Shown piece after piece: positions 1 through 10,143 of a stretch of 64,000 nucleotides of DNA. The notes beneath the pieces are model-generated. The model was not told the origin of the DNA, did no database searches, and saw nothing but the letters and a program-made list of their open reading frames with translations. Positions within the stretch are counted from its first letter, which is position 1. Every line of letters begins with the position of its first letter. A program made the translations under genes and the position numbers. The DNA is from an uncultured Chloroflexia bacterium (GTDB lineage Bacteria > Chloroflexota > Dehalococcoidia > DSTF01 > JALHUB01), in the NCBI GenBank assembly GCA_963726245.1, contig CAVSBT010000030.1, forward strand, positions 160,001-224,000, read 5' to 3'.

Positions 1-529
1 GCCGCACGTCGGGGAGCTCGCCGATCTTCGGGGCGATGATGTTCATGTCGTAGACTGCCTGGGGGCTGCGGGCCAGGAGGATGATCCAGCCGATGTTGAG
101 GGCATAGTACAGGTCGGAGTGGTCGCCGCGGATGTCGAGAGGGCCGCTGATGGCGCGTGTCACCAGGTTCAGCACCATCGGGTAGCGGGTTCCCGACTGC
201 ACCGGTAGCTGCTCGATGGAGTAGAGCAGCCCGTTGGCGCTGGTGGCGTTCAGGACGCGGCCGCCGCCCACGGTGGCGCCGTAGCAGATGCCGGCTGCTC
301 CGTGCTCGCCGTCCGCCGGGACCATGGCGATCTCGTGGACGCCCTCCGCCTTCATCTCGTCGAGGAACTCGGCGATCTCAGTGGAGGGCGTGATGGGGAA
401 GTAGCCCATCAAGTGGTAGTTGACCTGTCTGGCGGCCAGGGCGGCCATCTCGTTGCCGGTCTTGAAAGCCGGGACCTGCTCGGCTCGGACGGCCGTTTTC
501 CCCGCACCTACTCTCGTAGTCGTCACCAT
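1..529 (-). CDS. porA: Pyruvate/2-oxoacid:ferredoxin oxidoreductase alpha subunit (runs off window edge)
   Basis: Manual translation from ATG at 529 contains TGNEMAALAARQVNYHLMGYFPITPSTEIAE...DGEHGAAGICYGA...NATSANGL, typical PorA N-terminal motifs; adjacent to the gamma/delta subunit. Confidence 0.9.
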   Translation of the reverse strand, partial: MVTTTRVGAGKTAVRAEQVPAFKTGNEMAALAARQVNYHLMGYFPITPSTEIAEFLDEMKAEGVHEIAMVPADGEHGAAGICYGATVGGGRVLNATSANGLLYSIEQLPVQSGTRYPMVLNLVTRAISGPLDIRGDHSDLYYALNIGWIILLARSPQAVYDMNIIAPKIGELPDVR

Positions 530-544
530 CAGCTCTTCTCCTCG

Positions 545-1645
545 TCAGGGCGCTCCCCATTCTCCCGCCTTGCGGGAGCCGGGCCCCGCGCCGATCGCCA
601 CCTCTTTCGCGCGCGTAACAGCGACGTATCGCTGCGCCCGATGGCTTTCGGCCCATCCCTCCGTCTCCGGGATTTCGACCAGGGCGGCCGGGTGCACGGG
701 GCACACCTCGACGCACTTCAGGCAGCCCTTGCAATACTGGTAGTCGATGCCCTGAAGCATCATGCCGGGCCGCCCCTTCTCGTCCACGCCTTCCTGCCAG
801 ACGAAGCACATGTCGGGGCAGACCATGTCGCAGAGGCCGCAGTTGTTGCAGGCCTCCTGGACGAACTCGGGCAGGGTGCCCAGGCGACCTGGGCTCATGT
901 CCTTGACGACGGTGTTCGCCGGGTGGAGGATCGCGCCACCGAGGGGCGCATTGAGGTAGCCCAAAGCCGGACCGCCGGCAGCCGTCTCCACCGGCTTGTA
1001 CTCGCCGGGGATGCGCTCCAGCTTGACCTCGCTGTAGCCGCGGTCGAAGGTGCGAATGTTGGCGTCCAGCAGGTGAGCGTAGCGTGCCGCGAAGGTGCCG
1101 GCCAGCGCCTGCCGCACCGCCTCGACGTCCATGAAGCCCATGCCCCGGACGATGGCGCCCAGCATGGCGGTGTTGATGCGTGTCTTCTCCTCCAGGGCTA
1201 TGCCCAGGGCATCGACGGTGCCCACGGTGATTCCCTGGAGGCCCATACGCTCCGCCACCTCGGCCGGAGAGTGACGCGTGTTCAGGAGGAATACCCCATC
1301 CTCCTCCAGACCCTCCAGTACGGTCTTGGTCCGGGTCAGCGCCTCGTGGAAGACCGCCACCAGGTGCGGCCGGTCGACGGGGCTGCTGGTGCGCACCTCC
1401 CGGTCGCGCTCCGTCAAGCGGACGAAGGAGCGGAGCGGCGTTCCCTTCTTTTCAGACCCGTAGGAGGAGAAGTGGGCGCCGTTCAGCCCCATCCCCAGCA
1501 CGCCGGCTTCAGCCAGAGTCTGCCCGGCCAGGTGCGCGCCCAGCCCGCCGATGGACTCGATGCGAACCTCATAGTAGCCCAGGGCGTTGGTCCGAGGCAG
1601 CGGTGCGCCGTCCCGGGGCAATCCCGCCTTCCCTAGAACTGTCAT
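545..1645 (-). CDS. 2-oxoacid:acceptor oxidoreductase gamma subunit fused to delta (2x[4Fe-4S]) subunit
   Basis: ESIGGLGA, SSYGSEKKG and NTAMLGA motifs; C-terminal CxxCxxCxxxCP twice. Confidence 0.9.
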   Translation of the reverse strand: MTVLGKAGLPRDGAPLPRTNALGYYEVRIESIGGLGAHLAGQTLAEAGVLGMGLNGAHFSSYGSEKKGTPLRSFVRLTERDREVRTSSPVDRPHLVAVFHEALTRTKTVLEGLEEDGVFLLNTRHSPAEVAERMGLQGITVGTVDALGIALEEKTRINTAMLGAIVRGMGFMDVEAVRQALAGTFAARYAHLLDANIRTFDRGYSEVKLERIPGEYKPVETAAGGPALGYLNAPLGGAILHPANTVVKDMSPGRLGTLPEFVQEACNNCGLCDMVCPDMCFVWQEGVDEKGRPGMMLQGIDYQYCKGCLKCVEVCPVHPAALVEIPETEGWAESHRAQRYVAVTRAKEVAIGAGPGSRKAGEWGAP

Positions 1646-1923
1646 CTCATCCGCCCCTCTCTGTCTCCATACGTTAGCCGATCGCTCCTCTTATAGAGTA
1701 GAGCCCGCGCTTATGCCGTCAATAGAGCCATCTGGGACAAGCCCGTCCCGCCGATAGGACCGAGCGCTCCCTCCATTCGGCCCTTGCTACATGTGGCCCT
1801 CTACTTAATGCATTTAGCCTACCATCCAGGGGGACACCGTGCAACCGATCGGACTGCCACCTGTAGAGGCGATGATAGCGGTACGATTCCTCTCCGTCTA
1901 CCTCTGCGCCCGGGCTGATGGTG

Positions 1924-2937
1924 TTAGGGGGCCGTCGACGGGGCTGTGCGACCCAGGGCGCGGCACAGCGGGCCGAGTTGCTTCGCCAAGAGGGGCAGAG
2001 CATCGGCCGGTAACGCCTGCCCGCCCGCTGCCGAGGATTCCAGCGCCGCCTCAACCACGATGCCGTCGGCACCCGCTGCCACGGCGGCCAGCGCCAGTGA
2101 CTGCGCGACATCGGCGCCGCCCGCCAGGGTCGGGTCGGCGAGCAAGGGCAGATGACTGAGGCGGTGAACCAGCGGCAGCGAACTGAGGTCCAGCGTTCGC
2201 GCTGTGGCCGGCTCGAAGGTCCGGATGCCGGCCTCGCAGAGGGCAACCTGGCCGTGGCCCAACGCGAGGAGATACTCGGCGGCCACCAGCCACTCCTCCA
2301 CTTCCGCCGAGGGACCCCTCTCCAGCACCACAGGCAGGCCCGTGCCGGCGCAACGTCGCAAGAGGGCGGCGTTGCCCATGTCCTCACCGCCCACGTACAG
2401 CGCCTGGGCGGTGGATGCCGCGGCCTCCGCCTCTTCCTCACTCCTCACCTCCGCCAGCACGGCCAGCCCGGCCTCGCGAGCCAGGGACGCCCGCCGGGCC
2501 AGGGTCTCGGCCTGGCGCTCCGGAGCGTAGGGGGAGAGCGTCCGCGATCCGACCGACACCCGAATCAGACGCGCGCCCGCCTCGCGGGCGGACCGCGCCA
2601 GCGCCGGAAGCTGGCCTTCATCTTCGAGGAAGCGCGCCCCCACAGCCAGCACCACCGCCTTTGCGCCCAGCTCGACGTCGCCGATGCGCACCACGCTGCC
2701 CTCTGGCTTGAAGTCGCGGCTGGCGAGCGTGAAGGGCCGCGCGATAGGGGCCACCCGGTCTACGCCCGCCATCGTCGACACGAAGGCGACGGCGGTTGGA
2801 GCAAGCTCCGTGAGCACGACGATGATCGTTCTCTCGACGCCGCGGCTCACCTGGTACGCGGCGCCGGCTCGCTGGAGGTAGGAGAGGAGAGCCTCGATCT
2901 CCTCCTCGCCGGCGGTAGACAGCATGACGATAACCAT
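1924..2937 (-). CDS. Type I-beta DAHP synthase-like protein with N-terminal ACT-like domain; catalytic residues degenerate
   Basis: Colinear with Thermotoga-type AroF (SRGVERT, LASRDFKPE, GIRTFE, TLDLS, LSHLP, GADGIVVE) but lacks the metal and PEP ligands. Confidence 0.85.
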   Translation of the reverse strand: MVIVMLSTAGEEEIEALLSYLQRAGAAYQVSRGVERTIIVVLTELAPTAVAFVSTMAGVDRVAPIARPFTLASRDFKPEGSVVRIGDVELGAKAVVLAVGARFLEDEGQLPALARSAREAGARLIRVSVGSRTLSPYAPERQAETLARRASLAREAGLAVLAEVRSEEEAEAAASTAQALYVGGEDMGNAALLRRCAGTGLPVVLERGPSAEVEEWLVAAEYLLALGHGQVALCEAGIRTFEPATARTLDLSSLPLVHRLSHLPLLADPTLAGGADVAQSLALAAVAAGADGIVVEAALESSAAGGQALPADALPLLAKQLGPLCRALGRTAPSTAP

Positions 2938-2951
2938 GAGCGCTCCCTACG

Positions 2952-3593
2952 TCAGACTCCGTCCACGAGCTGCACACGGAAGAAATCGAGGACGGCGGTC
3001 GCCAGCGCGTCCTCGTGGCCCCACCAGAAGTGGTCGGCGCTCGCGACCGACCGTATCTCGCAGCGCGATCCCAGTGACATCGCCATCTCTGGAAGCCGCC
3101 TCGCCGGCGATATGTCGTCGCGGTCGCCGGAGACGAGCAGGGTCGGGATGTCCGGCTGAACGCGGCCGGCGTCCAGCCCACCCGCCGGCGGCGAGGCGGC
3201 GGCCACGGCGCGCACCCGCTCGTCGGCGGCCGTAAGTGCTACCAGGGCGCCGAAGGAGTAGCCGGCCAGCCCCAGGCGGCCGCCGTCGACCTCTGCCAGG
3301 CCTCCCAGGAAGTCCAGGGCAGCGCGCGCGTCCTCCCTTTCGCCAACGCCGCCGCCGTAGGAGCCGCCGCTTCCTCCAACGCCTCTGAAGTTGAAGCGCA
3401 GCGCCATCATCCCGCCTCCGGCAAGGGCGTTGCAGAGAGCCACCACCACGTTGTTCCCCATGTCGCCGCCGTAGAGAGGGTGAGGGTGGCAGACGGCGAC
3501 GGCGGGCAGACCCGACCCTTGCGGCCGGTGGAGGACCCCCACCAGCGTCAGGTCACCGGAGGCGAAACGCACGGGCTCGGCGGCGATGGTCAT
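2952..3593 (-). CDS. Alpha/beta-fold hydrolase
   Basis: HPHPLYGG, RFNFRGVG, GYSFG nucleophile elbow, GDRD, ADHF. Confidence 0.9.
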   Translation of the reverse strand: MTIAAEPVRFASGDLTLVGVLHRPQGSGLPAVAVCHPHPLYGGDMGNNVVVALCNALAGGGMMALRFNFRGVGGSGGSYGGGVGEREDARAALDFLGGLAEVDGGRLGLAGYSFGALVALTAADERVRAVAAASPPAGGLDAGRVQPDIPTLLVSGDRDDISPARRLPEMAMSLGSRCEIRSVASADHFWWGHEDALATAVLDFFRVQLVDGV

Positions 3594-3662
3594 CAAAATC
3601 CGTCAGCATCCTACGAACAAGGGTACCTGGACACTTCTGCCGTATAGTACAGGAGCAGACGG

Positions 3663-3714
3663 CAGCGGCAAAGGCGTCGCCGCCGAAGCGGTGTGCACCG
3701 CTGGACCGCCAGCG
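3663..3714 (+). repeat. 52-bp imperfect direct repeat, copy 1 (left of amylase gene)
   Basis: cagcggcaaaggcgtcgccgccga (24 bp) identical to 5302-5325; next 28 bp have 7 mismatches to copy 2. Confidence 0.85.
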
Positions 3715-3879
3715 TCCCGGCGCATGGCTATGGCCCCCGTCCACGGCTCCGCCCAATCAGCGGCGAAGCACGGCAAGCGCGATTGGACGGGGGAGAACTC
3801 CCGAGAGGTTCCTCACGAACAGCATGCCACAACCGCACGGTGTTGCCCTATTAGCACTAACAGCGATACTGTCAAATCC

Positions 3880-5232
3880 ATGCAGGACACTGGTAGTGCC
3901 TTTGCTGTGGGCCGGACCCCGCCCGCGTGGCTGCCAGGCAGGGTCTGGTACCATCTGCATTCCCTTCGAGCCGCCGGCGCTCCAGACCACAATCCCGACG
4001 TGACGGGCCGCCCTCCAACGGGCAGAGGTCTCCAACGGCTCCTAGGATGGCTGGACCACGTTGCGAGTCTGGGCTGCGGCGGCATCCTATTGACCCCGAC
4101 ATTCGTGTGTATGACGCACGGCTATGATGCGGTCGACTACTTCCGGATCGATCAGCGGCTGGGGGACGAAGACGATCTTGCCGCCTTCGTCGAGGCCTGC
4201 CACGATCGCAACCTCAAGGTCCTTTTCGACGGCGTATTCCACCATGTCGGCCGGGACTTCCCGGGCTTCCGAGATGTGCTGGCCCACGGAGCGGCTTCGC
4301 CATACGCCAGCTGGTTTCGGCTCGACTTCTCGCGCGACGACGGAGATGGGTTCACCTACCGAACCTTCGAAGGTCATCGGGACCTCGTCGCACTGAACCA
4401 CCGCAGCTCTGAGGTCCTCGATTGGGCGGTCAGCATCGCCGAGCACTGGCTCGATCGCGGAGTTGATGGCTGGCGGCTCGACGCCGCGTACGCCATTCTC
4501 CCCGCGTTCCTCGCCGAGTTCTCGGCGCGGGTTCTACGCGAACACCCAGACGCCTTCCTGTTCGGAGAGATGATCCACGGAGACTATGTCAGATTCGTCG
4601 AGCAGACCGGCCTGCACTCCGTCACGCAGTACGAGCTGTACAAGGCGATCTGGAGCTCCCTCAACGATGCCAACTTCTTCGAACTCGCCTGGGCTCTCCG
4701 GCGCCACGAGACGTTCGCGCACACCTTCGTCCCGTTCACATTCGTTGGCAACCACGACGTCACCCGGCTGCTGACACGACTACGCAGCCCATCGCACCTT
4801 GGACACGCTTTGGCGGTGCTCTTCACCGTGCCGGGCAGCCCCTGCCTCTACTACGGAGATGAATTCGCCTTCCGGGGCCGCAAGGGGCACGGAGCCCGCG
4901 GTGACGACGCCATCCGGCCCCGCCTGCCGGACTCACCCTTCGCTCAGAACGCGGAACAGGCCACGGCTTTCGAACTCCACAGGCAGCTGATCACCCTGCG
5001 TGCCGAGCGGCCCTGGCTCACCACCGGACACATACAGGTGGTCGAACTCACAACGGAGCAGATACGATACACCGTAGCCGGCTGCGGAGGCGAACTGCTC
5101 ATCGTGCTCAACGTCGCCGCATCGGGGTCCATCCGTATCGACCTCGACAGGTGGCGGCGGATAGCCAGCACGGACCTTTCGAATGACGGGACGCTTCCAC
5201 CCGGTTCCTGGAGCATCTGGACACGACGATGA
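3880..5232 (+). CDS. GH13 alpha-amylase family glycosidase (cyclomaltodextrinase-like)
   Basis: HGYDAVDY, DGVFHH, DGWRLDAA, GEMIHG, FVGNHD, LYYGDE conserved regions. Confidence 0.92.
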   Translation: MQDTGSAFAVGRTPPAWLPGRVWYHLHSLRAAGAPDHNPDVTGRPPTGRGLQRLLGWLDHVASLGCGGILLTPTFVCMTHGYDAVDYFRIDQRLGDEDDLAAFVEACHDRNLKVLFDGVFHHVGRDFPGFRDVLAHGAASPYASWFRLDFSRDDGDGFTYRTFEGHRDLVALNHRSSEVLDWAVSIAEHWLDRGVDGWRLDAAYAILPAFLAEFSARVLREHPDAFLFGEMIHGDYVRFVEQTGLHSVTQYELYKAIWSSLNDANFFELAWALRRHETFAHTFVPFTFVGNHDVTRLLTRLRSPSHLGHALAVLFTVPGSPCLYYGDEFAFRGRKGHGARGDDAIRPRLPDSPFAQNAEQATAFELHRQLITLRAERPWLTTGHIQVVELTTEQIRYTVAGCGGELLIVLNVAASGSIRIDLDRWRRIASTDLSNDGTLPPGSWSIWTRR

Positions 5233-5301
5233 CCCGAGCCAGCAGCCAAGTAAACCGCCGGACTGAGCGAGCCAACCGCACCAGAGCCCCAATCGTCGCC
5301 A

Positions 5302-5353
5302 CAGCGGCAAAGGCGTCGCCGCCGAGGTGCTTTGCGCCGCTAGACCGCCGGCG
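5302..5353 (+). repeat. 52-bp imperfect direct repeat, copy 2 (overlaps amidase stop codon)
   Basis: Matches 3663-3714 at 45/52 positions by manual alignment. Confidence 0.85.
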
Positions 5354-6737
5354 GGAGGCGCCCTTTCCAGCCGCCGGCCTCCTCGTAGGCGGCGCCCACG
5401 CGCAGCACCGTCGCCTCCTCGAAGTGACGCCCGACGATCTGGAGCCCGATGGGCAACTCCGCCGTCGAGAGCCCGCAGGGCACCGACAGCGCCGGCACAC
5501 CGGCCAGGTTGAAGGGCAACGTGCAGCGGATAAGGGCCAGGGCGGGTGGATCCGTGCGGCACTGCTCGATGGTGGGGGCAGTGATGGGCGTCGTGGGGGT
5601 CAGGAGGACGTCGATGCGCGTGAAGAGCTCTTCGAACGCTCGCCGGAAGTCAATCCGCGCCCGCTGAGCCTTGATGTAGTCCACGGCGGTCAGCGCCTGA
5701 CCTGCCCTCAGCAAGGCCAGCACATCCGCGCCGTAGTCGCCGGGGCGCTCCTGGAGGTACTTCTCGTGGTAGGCGGCGGCCTCGGCCACCATCACCGGTA
5801 TGCCCACGGCCAGGGCCTGCTCCACACCCGGCACCTCCACCTCCGTCACATCGGCGCCCCCGGCCTCCAAGACCGAGGCGGCCCGGCGTACGGCGGTCAC
5901 CACCTCCGGGTCGGCCTTGTCGAAGAAGTAGTTGCGGGGCACCCCCAGGCGCAGCCCTCGCACGCCGCCGCGGAGGGCATCGCGGTAGTCGCTCGCCGGC
6001 CGGTCGACCGACGCAGGGTCCGCGGGATCGTGGCCCGCGATTACCTCCAAGAGCAGCGCGGCGTCCTCCACCGTGCGCGTCATCGGCCCCACGTGGTCCA
6101 GCGACCAGCTCAGCGGTAGCACGCCTCGCAGGCTGGCCAGCCCGTAGGTGGGCTTCAGCCCCACTATCCCGCAGAACGACGACGGTATGCGTATGGAGCC
6201 GGCGGTGTCGCTGCCCAGGGAGCCGGCGCACAGGGCAGCGGCGACGGCGGCCGCCGACCCGCCGCTGGAGCCGCCGGGGATGCGCGTGGTGTCCCAGGGG
6301 TTGGCAGTCGGCCCGAAGTGGGGGTTGATGTTGGTGGCACCCCCCGCCCACTCGTGCATGTTGAGCTTGCCGAGGAGCAAAGCCCCCGCACGCCGCAGCC
6401 GGGCGACCACGTGGGCGTCCTCCTCGGGAACCCAGTCGGCGAGGATTCTTGGAGCCGGCGGTGGTGCGCAGGCCGCGTGTAGCGAAGAGATCCTTGATGG
6501 CCAGCGGCACGCCGTGGAGTGGTCCCAGCTCCAGGCCGCGGGCCACCTCGTCCTCGGCCTGGCGGGCGCAGCGCAGGGCCTCGTCGGCGGCGACGGTGAT
6601 GTAGGCGTTCAGGGTTGGGTCAAGCGCTTCGATACGCCGCAGGTAGCCCTCGGCCAGCTCGACGGGCGACATCTTCTTGCGGCGCACCAGGGACGCCGCC
6701 TCGCGAGCGTCAGTTCTCGCAGGTCCTGCTCCCCCAC
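5340..6737 (-). CDS. Amidase-signature family enzyme (GatA-like); frameshifts near 6450 and 6700
   Basis: GPLHGVPLAIKD in one frame; GGSSGGS and GSDTAGSIRIPSSFCG in the next. Confidence 0.88.
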
Positions 6738-6907
6738 CTTGACCTCCTTGCCGGCGAGCCCCGACATGCTGTCGCCCAGTATAGCGTCCGCCCCTAACGG
6801 CGCAACCGCTGATGGCACCGCGCAGGTTGGTGGACCAGGGCAGATCACCGCTCAGTTAGCGACGTGCTGAAACCGGGACGAGGTGTTTGCCGAGGAAAGA
6901 GATGAAC

Positions 6908-7396
6908 TTACGAGGAAGGCCGGTTGTTGTAGTTCTCGCCGTTGGCCCGCACCTGCTCCATGAAGTCGCGCAGGCCCTGGATGATGCGCTCCGTCGACTC
7001 CTCCAGCGCCCGCACGGCCGCCTCACTGCTGGCCAGGCTGTCGGCGACCTGGCCGCTGTATGCCGTGCGCGCTTCGGACATCTTGCGGAAGGAGTCGTCG
7101 AGCTCGGAAAGGAGCGGGAGGAGCGAACGCATCGCCTCGCCTTCGTTCGGCGCGGCTTCCATCGGTGGTGGCGCGGACCTGACGAAGGTGTGGGCGGGCC
7201 CGCCTGGCGCCCAGCTACGCACGATCTCTTCGATGCGCGAAAGCGCTTCGATGGTGGCCCTGTGCGTGCTCCGCGTATCGCCATACTGACGCCAGGTGGA
7301 GAGCACTGCCACCACGGTCATTATGAGCAGCCCAAGCAAAGCCAGGGCCACCGCTATGATAGCCACCAGGAACTGAAAGGTGTCGTTGTCCCCCAC
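6908..7396 (-). CDS. Hypothetical protein with N-terminal TM helix and coiled-coil-like C-terminus
   Basis: Hydrophobic FLVAIIAVALALLGLLIMTVVAVL, then helical E/R/S-rich region; purine-rich RBS-like sequence upstream. Confidence 0.7.
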   Translation of the reverse strand: MGDNDTFQFLVAIIAVALALLGLLIMTVVAVLSTWRQYGDTRSTHRATIEALSRIEEIVRSWAPGGPAHTFVRSAPPPMEAAPNEGEAMRSLLPLLSELDDSFRKMSEARTAYSGQVADSLASSEAAVRALEESTERIIQGLRDFMEQVRANGENYNNRPSS

Positions 7397-7454
7397 CGGG
7401 CCCCCTAACTGATTACGCGAAGAGCAAGGCCGGACCTCAGATGGGTCTAGCTAA

Positions 7455-7482
7455 TTATCGGTAACGCGCCCCATCCTCTTGA
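7455..7482 (-). promoter_or_regulatory. Putative sigma28 (FliA/WhiG-type) promoter
   Basis: Minus strand TCAA-N16-ACCGATAA ahead of the 7396 start. Confidence 0.5.
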
Positions 7483-7529
7483 CCCCCGACTTTCCACGGG
7501 GACGCGGCATTCGCCGTCGCGCCCCGATA

Positions 7530-7556
7530 TCAACCCTCTGCCGTTCCTGCCGAAAA
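7530..7556 (+). promoter_or_regulatory. Putative sigma28 promoter
   Basis: TCAA-N15-GCCGAAAA ahead of the 7661 start. Confidence 0.5.
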
Positions 7557-7660
7557 CAATATAGAACAACTCGCGCTGATTTGCAGGCAGGGCGCTCAGA
7601 GAGGGCTCCGGAGGGCCGTCTTGAGCGCTGCCACCACCGCAGCAGCCAAGGACGCATGCC

Positions 7661-9220
7661 ATGGTACTGAGATTCCGCCGCCGTCGCCAACAAGGCAAGC
7701 CGGAAGCTGAGGAAGAGGCCCAGACCCCCGCGACCGAGCCGGAGGCAGAGGGCGAAACGCCGGCAAGCCCTCCGTTAGTTGAAGACAGCGAAACCAACGA
7801 ACCCGCCCAGGCTGAAGCGGGCGAATCGCCCCTGGCCTTCGACCAGCCTCTCCAGCTTGAGAGCGCCGGCGGCCCCGATCCAGACGAAGCGCCCGTAGCC
7901 TTGGACCACCCTCTCCAATCTGAGAGCGCCGGCGACCCCCAGCCAGACGAAGCGCCCGTAGCCTTGGACCAGCTTCTTCAGGCCGAGAGCGCCGCCGCAT
8001 CCGAACCGGAGGAAGATTTTGTGACCTTCAGCCAGCTTCCCCAGACTGAAGGCGTCCCCGCCCCCACACCAGAAGAAGCGCCCGTTGCCGCTGCGCAGCT
8101 TCGTGAGGGCGAGGCCGCCGGCGTTGCGAGACCCGCGGAAGAGCTCTCTGAGGTAGCGGAGAAGCAGCCTTCGACACCTCCATTTCCCAAGCGCGCCCCC
8201 AGCGATAGCCTGTCGCTCTTCGATGCGCTGCTGCGGCTGCACGGAGCAGACGACATCGACCTCATGGCCGACGTCGCCGACCAGATGGCCCGCACCTACC
8301 TCAACGGCGGTCACCTGCTCGTGCTTCTCGTCGACCGAGCCGGTTCCTTCCACATCCGACCCATCAAGTCCGGCGCCACCGCGACACTGCTCGAACAGAT
8401 GAATGGCGCCCTCGGCATCGATGTAGGCCACGAGATCTCCTTTCCACATCGGGGCCGGTTGGCCAAGATATGGATGGACGATTCAGGCGCTGCGCAGGCC
8501 GTCTCCCTGGCCGATTTCTGGGGCGGCGCGGCAGGTGAAGAAACCTGCTGGCGCGCCGAGAAGGTGCTGGGGATTTCCCAGGTTGCCGCCATACGCCTCA
8601 CCTCGCCTGAAGAGCCCATGGGCATCGCCCTTCTCCTCTCCAAAGGCGATCCCCCCGATCCCGCGATGCTGGACGCCGTGGGGCGTCACCTCATGGTCGC
8701 CCTGGCCAACCTTCAGAGCATAGAGAAGGCGCGCCAGTTTGGCAGTGTCGACCCTGTCCGCTGGATCGCAGACCACCAAGAATTCGGCCGGCAGTTGTTA
8801 CGGGAGATAGCCCGCGCGCGCCGCTATGGCCAGCCCCTGTCGTTAGCGCTGGTGGTAGTTGACAACTTCGACGCCCTGCGCCTCGAATACGGCTGGACCG
8901 TGGCCAACCGCCTCCTGCGTTCCGTGAGCTCCGCCCTGGCCGGATGCCTGCGCGAGTCCGACTTCCTCGGCTCCTACCACCACAACGGCTTCGGCGCGAT
9001 CCTCACGCAGACTTCGATGGAGGGAGCGGCCGAGGCCGCCGTCCGCCTACGTGAGGCAGCGACGGCGGTGCGCGTGTTGGAAGGAGAGGATGGCCCGGTC
9101 CCGGAATGCGTGGTCGCCACTGCCTGTCAGCCCGACGACGGAAGCGACGCCAACGCGCTGCTGATCGCCGCCGAATCCCGCATGTTGCCTAAACGGCGTC
9201 TCTCTTCCGCCAGCGCTTGA
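7661..9220 (+). CDS. Degenerate GGDEF-domain protein with acidic repetitive N-terminus and GAF-like middle
   Basis: C-terminus REIARARRYGQPLSLALVVVDNFD...YGWTVANRLL...LRESDFLGSYHHNGF follows GGDEF layout with the active-site motif replaced. Confidence 0.8.
   Translation: MVLRFRRRRQQGKPEAEEEAQTPATEPEAEGETPASPPLVEDSETNEPAQAEAGESPLAFDQPLQLESAGGPDPDEAPVALDHPLQSESAGDPQPDEAPVALDQLLQAESAAASEPEEDFVTFSQLPQTEGVPAPTPEEAPVAAAQLREGEAAGVARPAEELSEVAEKQPSTPPFPKRAPSDSLSLFDALLRLHGADDIDLMADVADQMARTYLNGGHLLVLLVDRAGSFHIRPIKSGATATLLEQMNGALGIDVGHEISFPHRGRLAKIWMDDSGAAQAVSLADFWGGAAGEETCWRAEKVLGISQVAAIRLTSPEEPMGIALLLSKGDPPDPAMLDAVGRHLMVALANLQSIEKARQFGSVDPVRWIADHQEFGRQLLREIARARRYGQPLSLALVVVDNFDALRLEYGWTVANRLLRSVSSALAGCLRESDFLGSYHHNGFGAILTQTSMEGAAEAAVRLREAATAVRVLEGEDGPVPECVVATACQPDDGSDANALLIAAESRMLPKRRLSSASA
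7820..8120 (+). repeat. Coding tandem repeat, ~63 bp / 21 aa unit, 3 clear plus 2 degenerate copies
   Basis: ESPLAFDQPLQLESAGGPDPD / EAPVALDHPLQSESAGDPQPD / EAPVALDQLLQAESAAASEPE; ccagacgaagcgcccgtagccttggacca occurs twice. Confidence 0.8.
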
Positions 9221-9240
9221 ACTCTATGCGCCACTCACAC

Positions 9241-9267
9241 TGAGGCCCTCCTCACGGGAGGGCCTCA
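9241..9267. terminator. Hairpin between convergent genes
   Basis: tgaggccctcc-tcacg-ggagggcctca. Confidence 0.6.
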
Positions 9268-9298
9268 CGGTAGGTCACCTACGGCGGCGCTCCGGGTG

Positions 9299-10057
9299 TC
9301 ACTCTGTGGGAGACACCGATAGGCTGCTGTCCCAAGTCAGCTTCGCAAGCCGCTCCTGTACGTCAGCCGCCAGGCGCTCGGCGTCGGGCGCCTCTTCTCC
9401 TCCGCTGAGCGTCACTTTCACCCTTGCCCGTCTCCCCGCATAGTCGAGCAGGTCAACATCGGCCACGCCCGGAGTCTCGCGAAGGGCCCGCTCCACGACC
9501 ATCAGATCGATGTTGGCCTCGGAGCTCTGGATCTGAAAGTGCATGGTGCCGCCCGCCACCGCCGGCGCCCCTTCCGAAGGCTCTCCTTCGACCGGCGCCT
9601 CAGCTTCTTCGGCCTCCGCCACAGCCGCCGCTTCCGGGACCTCGGCTCCGCCCTCAGATTCCGGCGCCTCTTCCATTGCCTCCAGTGCCGTCACGGGAGG
9701 CTCCTCATCCTCCTCAGCGCCCGCCTCGGCGGGCTCGAGCGGCCAGGGCTCGCTCGCATCTGGGGGTTCGGCCTCGGGCGCCATCGGTGGAACGGGAGGA
9801 GCCCGGCGGCCTTGCTGCGGGGTCTGCAACTGCTGCCTTACCTGGGCAAGCCCCGATTCCACCTGGCGAATGAACGCCGACAGGCCGTGGAGACGCTCCA
9901 CCCAGTGGCTGAGTTCCCGGGTAGCAGCCAGGGCCTCCTCCAGCGCCGTTTGTATCTCTCCGATGGCCGTGGAGACCCGCGAGTCCAGCGTCCCCCAATC
10001 GATTTCGTTGTCGATGTCTTCCTGCGAGATCGCGTCAGGGTCAGGCTTAGTGTTCAT
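9299..10057 (-). CDS. Hypothetical protein: N-terminal coiled coil, acidic Pro/Glu linker, C-terminal HMA-like domain without CxxC
   Basis: VERALRETPGVADVDL...RARVKVTL resembles the HMA/ferredoxin-like fold. Confidence 0.7.
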   Translation of the reverse strand: MNTKPDPDAISQEDIDNEIDWGTLDSRVSTAIGEIQTALEEALAATRELSHWVERLHGLSAFIRQVESGLAQVRQQLQTPQQGRRAPPVPPMAPEAEPPDASEPWPLEPAEAGAEEDEEPPVTALEAMEEAPESEGGAEVPEAAAVAEAEEAEAPVEGEPSEGAPAVAGGTMHFQIQSSEANIDLMVVERALRETPGVADVDLLDYAGRRARVKVTLSGGEEAPDAERLAADVQERLAKLTWDSSLSVSPTE

Positions 10058-10143
10058 TTCCTTGCCCCCAGGACCGGCTTCCGGACGGCTTGCAGCACCG
10101 ACCCGTCACGACGAACGCCGGTCGCTCAGCCAATCCTGTGTAA

